Positions 28,902-32,000 of a stretch of 32,000 bases of DNA are shown here, in pieces. Made by a program: the position numbers and the translations under genes. The stretch is from Candidatus Iainarchaeum sp. (GTDB lineage: Archaea > Iainarchaeota > Iainarchaeia > Iainarchaeales > CSSED10-239): contig JBBISB010000001.1 in the NCBI GenBank assembly GCA_037441475.1, positions 66,418 through 98,417 of the forward strand, written 5' to 3'. Within the stretch, counting starts at the first letter, position 1. Each line of letters begins with the position of its first letter. Below the pieces are notes generated by a model, which had not been told where the DNA came from, did no database searches, and saw only the letters and a program-made list of their open reading frames with translations.

Positions 28902-29678
28902 ATGAAAATATTGATTGTTTCATCAACAGAGGATATTGCCTCTAATAACCTTAAGGAAGAACTTTTTAATAGCTATAAGCTTGTTAAAAATAAAAAAGAT
29001 ATTTATAAGATTGATATAGATTCTTTAAATGAGATTTATTTTAAAGAGATTAATAAAACACATATTTATGCAAGCCAAGAAGATATTAAAGATAAAGAAT
29101 ATGATCAAGTTATCTTCTTATCAAGACACTCAACTCTTTCTGAAACTAAACCAAAGTGTATGACTGTACATGCAATTGGTAATTGGGGAAAAGCTGATCT
29201 TGGAGGGGAAAGTAACACTGTTGTTAAAACAGATCCTTTCCTAATTCGCTTACTTCTTTTAAACCTTAAAGAAAATAAACCTAAGGAAATAAAAGAGTAT
29301 GAAGTTAAACAAGAAGCAACTCATCATGGTCCTTTTCTTGAAAGTCCAACCCTCTTCTATGAGATTGGTTCAACAAATATTGATTGGGAAAATAAACTAG
29401 TTTCAAGATACATGATAAAGATATTAATTGACAGCATTAAAGATTATAACCAGAAAGAGATTAAGGAAAAAAATAACTGGATAGCAGCAGTTGGTGTTGG
29501 TGGAAGCCATTACTGCACTAGGTTTAATAGATATACTTTTGATAGAAGTAAAAGATACTGCTTTGGTCATGTAGTTGCAAGCTATGCTTTAAAAGATATT
29601 CAAGAAAATCAAGCTCTTTTAAAAGAAGCTAAAGAAAAGAGTACTTCTCAAGTTGTTGTTTATGAAGAAGAAATTTAA
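28902..29678 (+). CDS. dtdA: archaeal-type D-aminoacyl-tRNA deacylase
   Basis: VIFLSRHSTLSETKPKCMTVHAIGNWGKADLGG, KQEATHHGPFLESPTLFYEIGST and VGVGGSHYCTRFNR are hallmark motifs. Confidence 0.95.
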   Translation: MKILIVSSTEDIASNNLKEELFNSYKLVKNKKDIYKIDIDSLNEIYFKEINKTHIYASQEDIKDKEYDQVIFLSRHSTLSETKPKCMTVHAIGNWGKADLGGESNTVVKTDPFLIRLLLLNLKENKPKEIKEYEVKQEATHHGPFLESPTLFYEIGSTNIDWENKLVSRYMIKILIDSIKDYNQKEIKEKNNWIAAVGVGGSHYCTRFNRYTFDRSKRYCFGHVVASYALKDIQENQALLKEAKEKSTSQVVVYEEEI

Positions 29679-30805
29679 TTTTTTTCTTTAATAAACCTTT
29701 TTTTAATTCTTTCAATAATTGTTTGCTCTATTGAACATACTGAACTAAGGTCAGGATATTTATCAAATAAAGTTTTATCTTCTACAAACTCTTTAACAAT
29801 TTCAAAAACATCTATATTTTCTTTTATTTTCCTAGAGTAAATGAAATTAATCAATGTTTCTAGGGTTATGTAATAGATTATAGGGCAAGAACCACCTTTT
29901 TCTAAGGCATTAATAGCAAGAGATAAGTATTTTTCCTTCGTAACATCTATTTTTGATAAGGTTACATTAATTTCTTTTTCATCAGTTAAATGATTTATTG
30001 TATCTGTCTTATCGTAGTTTAAAAAATAATAATTAAAGATGCTATCAAGGTTTAGGTTTGATGCAAAGAAAACACTTGTTCCGTTTGTAAACTTAATATT
30101 TGTATTATACACTCTTTTTGTTTGATTGTAAAAACAGAAGTCATTTACTGGTATGTTATAGATGTAGTTAATGAGAAACATATCGTTTGAAAGTCTTATT
30201 TTGTTTTGAGAGAAGTATTTTTTCATATAAGATATATAATCTTTATAGTCATCTATAGATATCTTCTCTTTATCTTGTTTCTTTGAGAATAGATAAACCT
30301 TGTCTATAGAGGTAGTATTTTTGGTTTTATTTAAAAAATCCATAGAGTATACAGGGTATGAAAAGACATTTAACTTAACTCCCTTTGATTTAACTTCATT
30401 AATGATTATTCTTCCACAGTAAAGTAAAGGAGATGTGTTAAGTAAAGTTATATCCTTAAACTCATAGATTGCTGAAAGTATTTTTTTAACACTTGTTATT
30501 CCTGATAAAGCAGAGATAACCTCATCAATTTGGTTTGATTTAATGAAATCTGGAAAATTTTCAGATCCTTGAAAGATTTCAACCTTTACTTTTGAGGAAA
30601 TATATTCTGCATCCTTCTTTTCTGTAACAAAAACCCTTTTAGGAGATAACTCTTCTATCTGTTTTATGAATAGATCTATATTTTCTTGCTTAAAATCATA
30701 GGAAAGAGCAAAAACATTAAATTTACTTAATTTGCTTTCAAAGAAGTTAATGGCACTTACACCTATGTTGTTGTTAGAGCCAAGAATAACAATATTTTTT
30801 TTCAT
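29675..30805 (-). CDS. 1-deoxy-D-xylulose-5-phosphate reductoisomerase (DXR/IspC)-like protein with apparently degenerate active site
   Basis: Scaffold motifs: MKKNIVILGSNNNIGVSAINFFESKLSKFNVFALSYDFKQENIDLFIKQIEELSPKRVFV; DEVISALSGITSVKKILSAIYEFKDITLLNTSPLLYCGR; FTNGTSVFFASNLNLD; YLSLAINALEKGGSCPIIYYITLETLINFIYSRKI. Confidence 0.7.
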   Translation of the reverse strand: MKKNIVILGSNNNIGVSAINFFESKLSKFNVFALSYDFKQENIDLFIKQIEELSPKRVFVTEKKDAEYISSKVKVEIFQGSENFPDFIKSNQIDEVISALSGITSVKKILSAIYEFKDITLLNTSPLLYCGRIIINEVKSKGVKLNVFSYPVYSMDFLNKTKNTTSIDKVYLFSKKQDKEKISIDDYKDYISYMKKYFSQNKIRLSNDMFLINYIYNIPVNDFCFYNQTKRVYNTNIKFTNGTSVFFASNLNLDSIFNYYFLNYDKTDTINHLTDEKEINVTLSKIDVTKEKYLSLAINALEKGGSCPIIYYITLETLINFIYSRKIKENIDVFEIVKEFVEDKTLFDKYPDLSSVCSIEQTIIERIKKRFIKEKN

Positions 30806-30970
30806 AACATATATAAGGTAAATCTTAAAGTTTTTAAATGTATTTTTTTAGATATTAAAAGTTCTATTTTAGAAAAGTAAAATAATTTTTTTAAATTTAA
30901 ATAAAAAATAGAAAAATAAGTCTTCTTTATAAAAAAAGACTTATCAAATGAAAAAAGTTAGCGTAGAAAA

Positions 30971-31099
30971 TTATTTTTTCTTTACTGGTGCTTTTTTCTT
31001 AACAACTTTTTTAACAGGTGCTTTTTTAGCAACTACTGCTTTTTTAACAACTTTTTTAGCAGGTGCTTTTTTAGCAACTACCTTCTTTTTTACAGCCAT
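30971..31099 (-). CDS. 42-aa lysine/alanine-rich histone-H1-tail-like protein
   Basis: Minus strand: MAVKKKVVAKKAPAKKVVKKAVVAKKAPVKKVVKKKAPVKKK*. A purine-rich GGGAGAAAAAA lies just upstream of the ATG. Confidence 0.75.
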   Translation of the reverse strand: MAVKKKVVAKKAPAKKVVKKAVVAKKAPVKKVVKKKAPVKKK

Positions 31100-31456
31100 T
31101 TTTTTCTCCCTCCGATTTTATCTGCAAGTTGCAGAATAATAAAATATAATAAATATGTATATATAAACATTTATAAATGTTATATATTTTGCTTTTTTGG
31201 CAAAAACACTAAAAAAAATTAATCTGTCCAAAAAATAAAGCAGTCCATCTACCTCTAACTTATTTTAAATCAAGGAGTTTAAGCCAATCAAAAAAAAGTA
31301 AACTTAAATAAAAAAAGGATGAGTAAGGGATTTTGAAAAAAAGAATTTTTAAAAAATAAAAGAGTTTTGTTTTTTCGTCCAAGAAAAAAAGAAAAATAAA
31401 AGATTTTTAAAAATCTTTTACGTTTTTTAAGATATAACAAATCTTAAAACCAAAAT

Positions 31457-32000
31457 CTAATCCATGAAAAATTCAGCAGGCTTTGGTTCTGGATCCATTC
31501 CTTTTCTTTTTCTAATCTCAACAATTGTGTCGTGAAGTAAACTCTTTGGAAGTGTTTCATAACCGAAATATTCAGCAGTCCATACAGCTCTTCCTTGTGT
31601 TTCTCCTCTCATCTCTTGTGAAAAACCAATCATTGACTTAACAGGTATCTTACTTATAAAGATTGAAGAATCACCTTCAGTCTTAATATCCTCAATTTGT
31701 GCTCTTCTAGAAGATAATACCTTTGAAACTGAACCCATGAAATCTTGAGGAACAGACACAGTTAATTTTTGTTTAGGTTCTAAAAGAACATAATTACCAG
31801 CTAAAACACAAGCATAGATAGCTCTAGTTATTGCAGGAAGTACTTGAGCAGGCCCTCTATGGATAGCATCCTCGTGTAAAGTTGCATCTTCTAAAGATAC
31901 AATAATACCAGATACTTTTTCCTTAGCAACAGGACCTTCGTTTGTAGCATCAGTAAAACCTTCAATAATAAGTTCTCTTACTTCATTTAAGTTCTGTATA
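31457..32000 (-). CDS. translation elongation factor EF-2, C-terminal part (continues beyond window)
   Basis: IQNLNEVRELIIEGFTDATNEGPVAKEKVSGIIVSLEDATLHEDAIHRGPAQVLPAITRAIYACVLAG...VSVPQDFMGSVSKVLSSRRAQI...GFSQEMRGETQGRAVWTAEYFGYE. Archaeal EF-2 domains IV-V. Confidence 0.97.
   Translation of the reverse strand, partial: IQNLNEVRELIIEGFTDATNEGPVAKEKVSGIIVSLEDATLHEDAIHRGPAQVLPAITRAIYACVLAGNYVLLEPKQKLTVSVPQDFMGSVSKVLSSRRAQIEDIKTEGDSSIFISKIPVKSMIGFSQEMRGETQGRAVWTAEYFGYETLPKSLLHDTIVEIRKRKGMDPEPKPAEFFMD

Noticed and set aside
30948-31139. Plus-strand ORF MKKVSVENYFFFTGAFFLTTF...
   Set aside because: Its repeats are the antisense image of the Lys/Ala/Val/Pro-rich minus-strand ORF. The minus strand has the better start context and composition.
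1-32000. CRISPR array
   Set aside because: No regularly spaced direct repeats were seen. The only clear tandem repeat is the two-copy 60/59-bp duplication at 23.6 kb.

Overview
Very AT-rich (visibly low-GC) archaeal genomic window. The archaeal EF-2 C-terminus at the right edge and an archaeal-type D-aminoacyl-tRNA deacylase support this, and the style resembles small-genome DPANN-like lineages (inference). Supported content: patatin-like phospholipase (frameshifted), F420-0:glutamate ligase-like protein, UraA-type nucleobase permease, NUDIX hydrolase, U32 peptidase-family protein, AI-2E-type permease, isoprenylcysteine-methyltransferase-like membrane protein, HTH-TM regulator, FAD-dependent oxidoreductase, and a one-carbon/thymidylate operon (SHMT, DNPH1/Rcl-like hydrolase, thymidylate kinase, thymidylate synthase, DHFR). 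Further right are an AlkD-like protein, an RHH/PIN toxin-antitoxin pair, a histidine phosphatase, a FlaI/PilT-like secretion ATPase, an APH/choline-kinase-like gene, a three-gene ABC exporter, two channel-like membrane proteins, DtdA, a highly diverged DXP-reductoisomerase-like protein and a tiny lysine/alanine-rich H1-tail-like protein. The best leads are: (1) the DXR-like protein, which keeps the family scaffold but appears to have lost the catalytic motifs; (2) a ~0.9 kb non-coding region (20.15-21.07 kb) with several hairpins, a possible alternative pairing and a 15-bp inverted repeat; (3) the DNPH1-like gene embedded in the dTMP operon; (4) basic KKVVKK-type proteins or tails. Many genes carry single-base, mostly homopolymer, frameshifts. 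These must be checked against reads before any are called pseudogenes. No CRISPR array, rRNA, convincing complete tRNA or clear defence island was seen.
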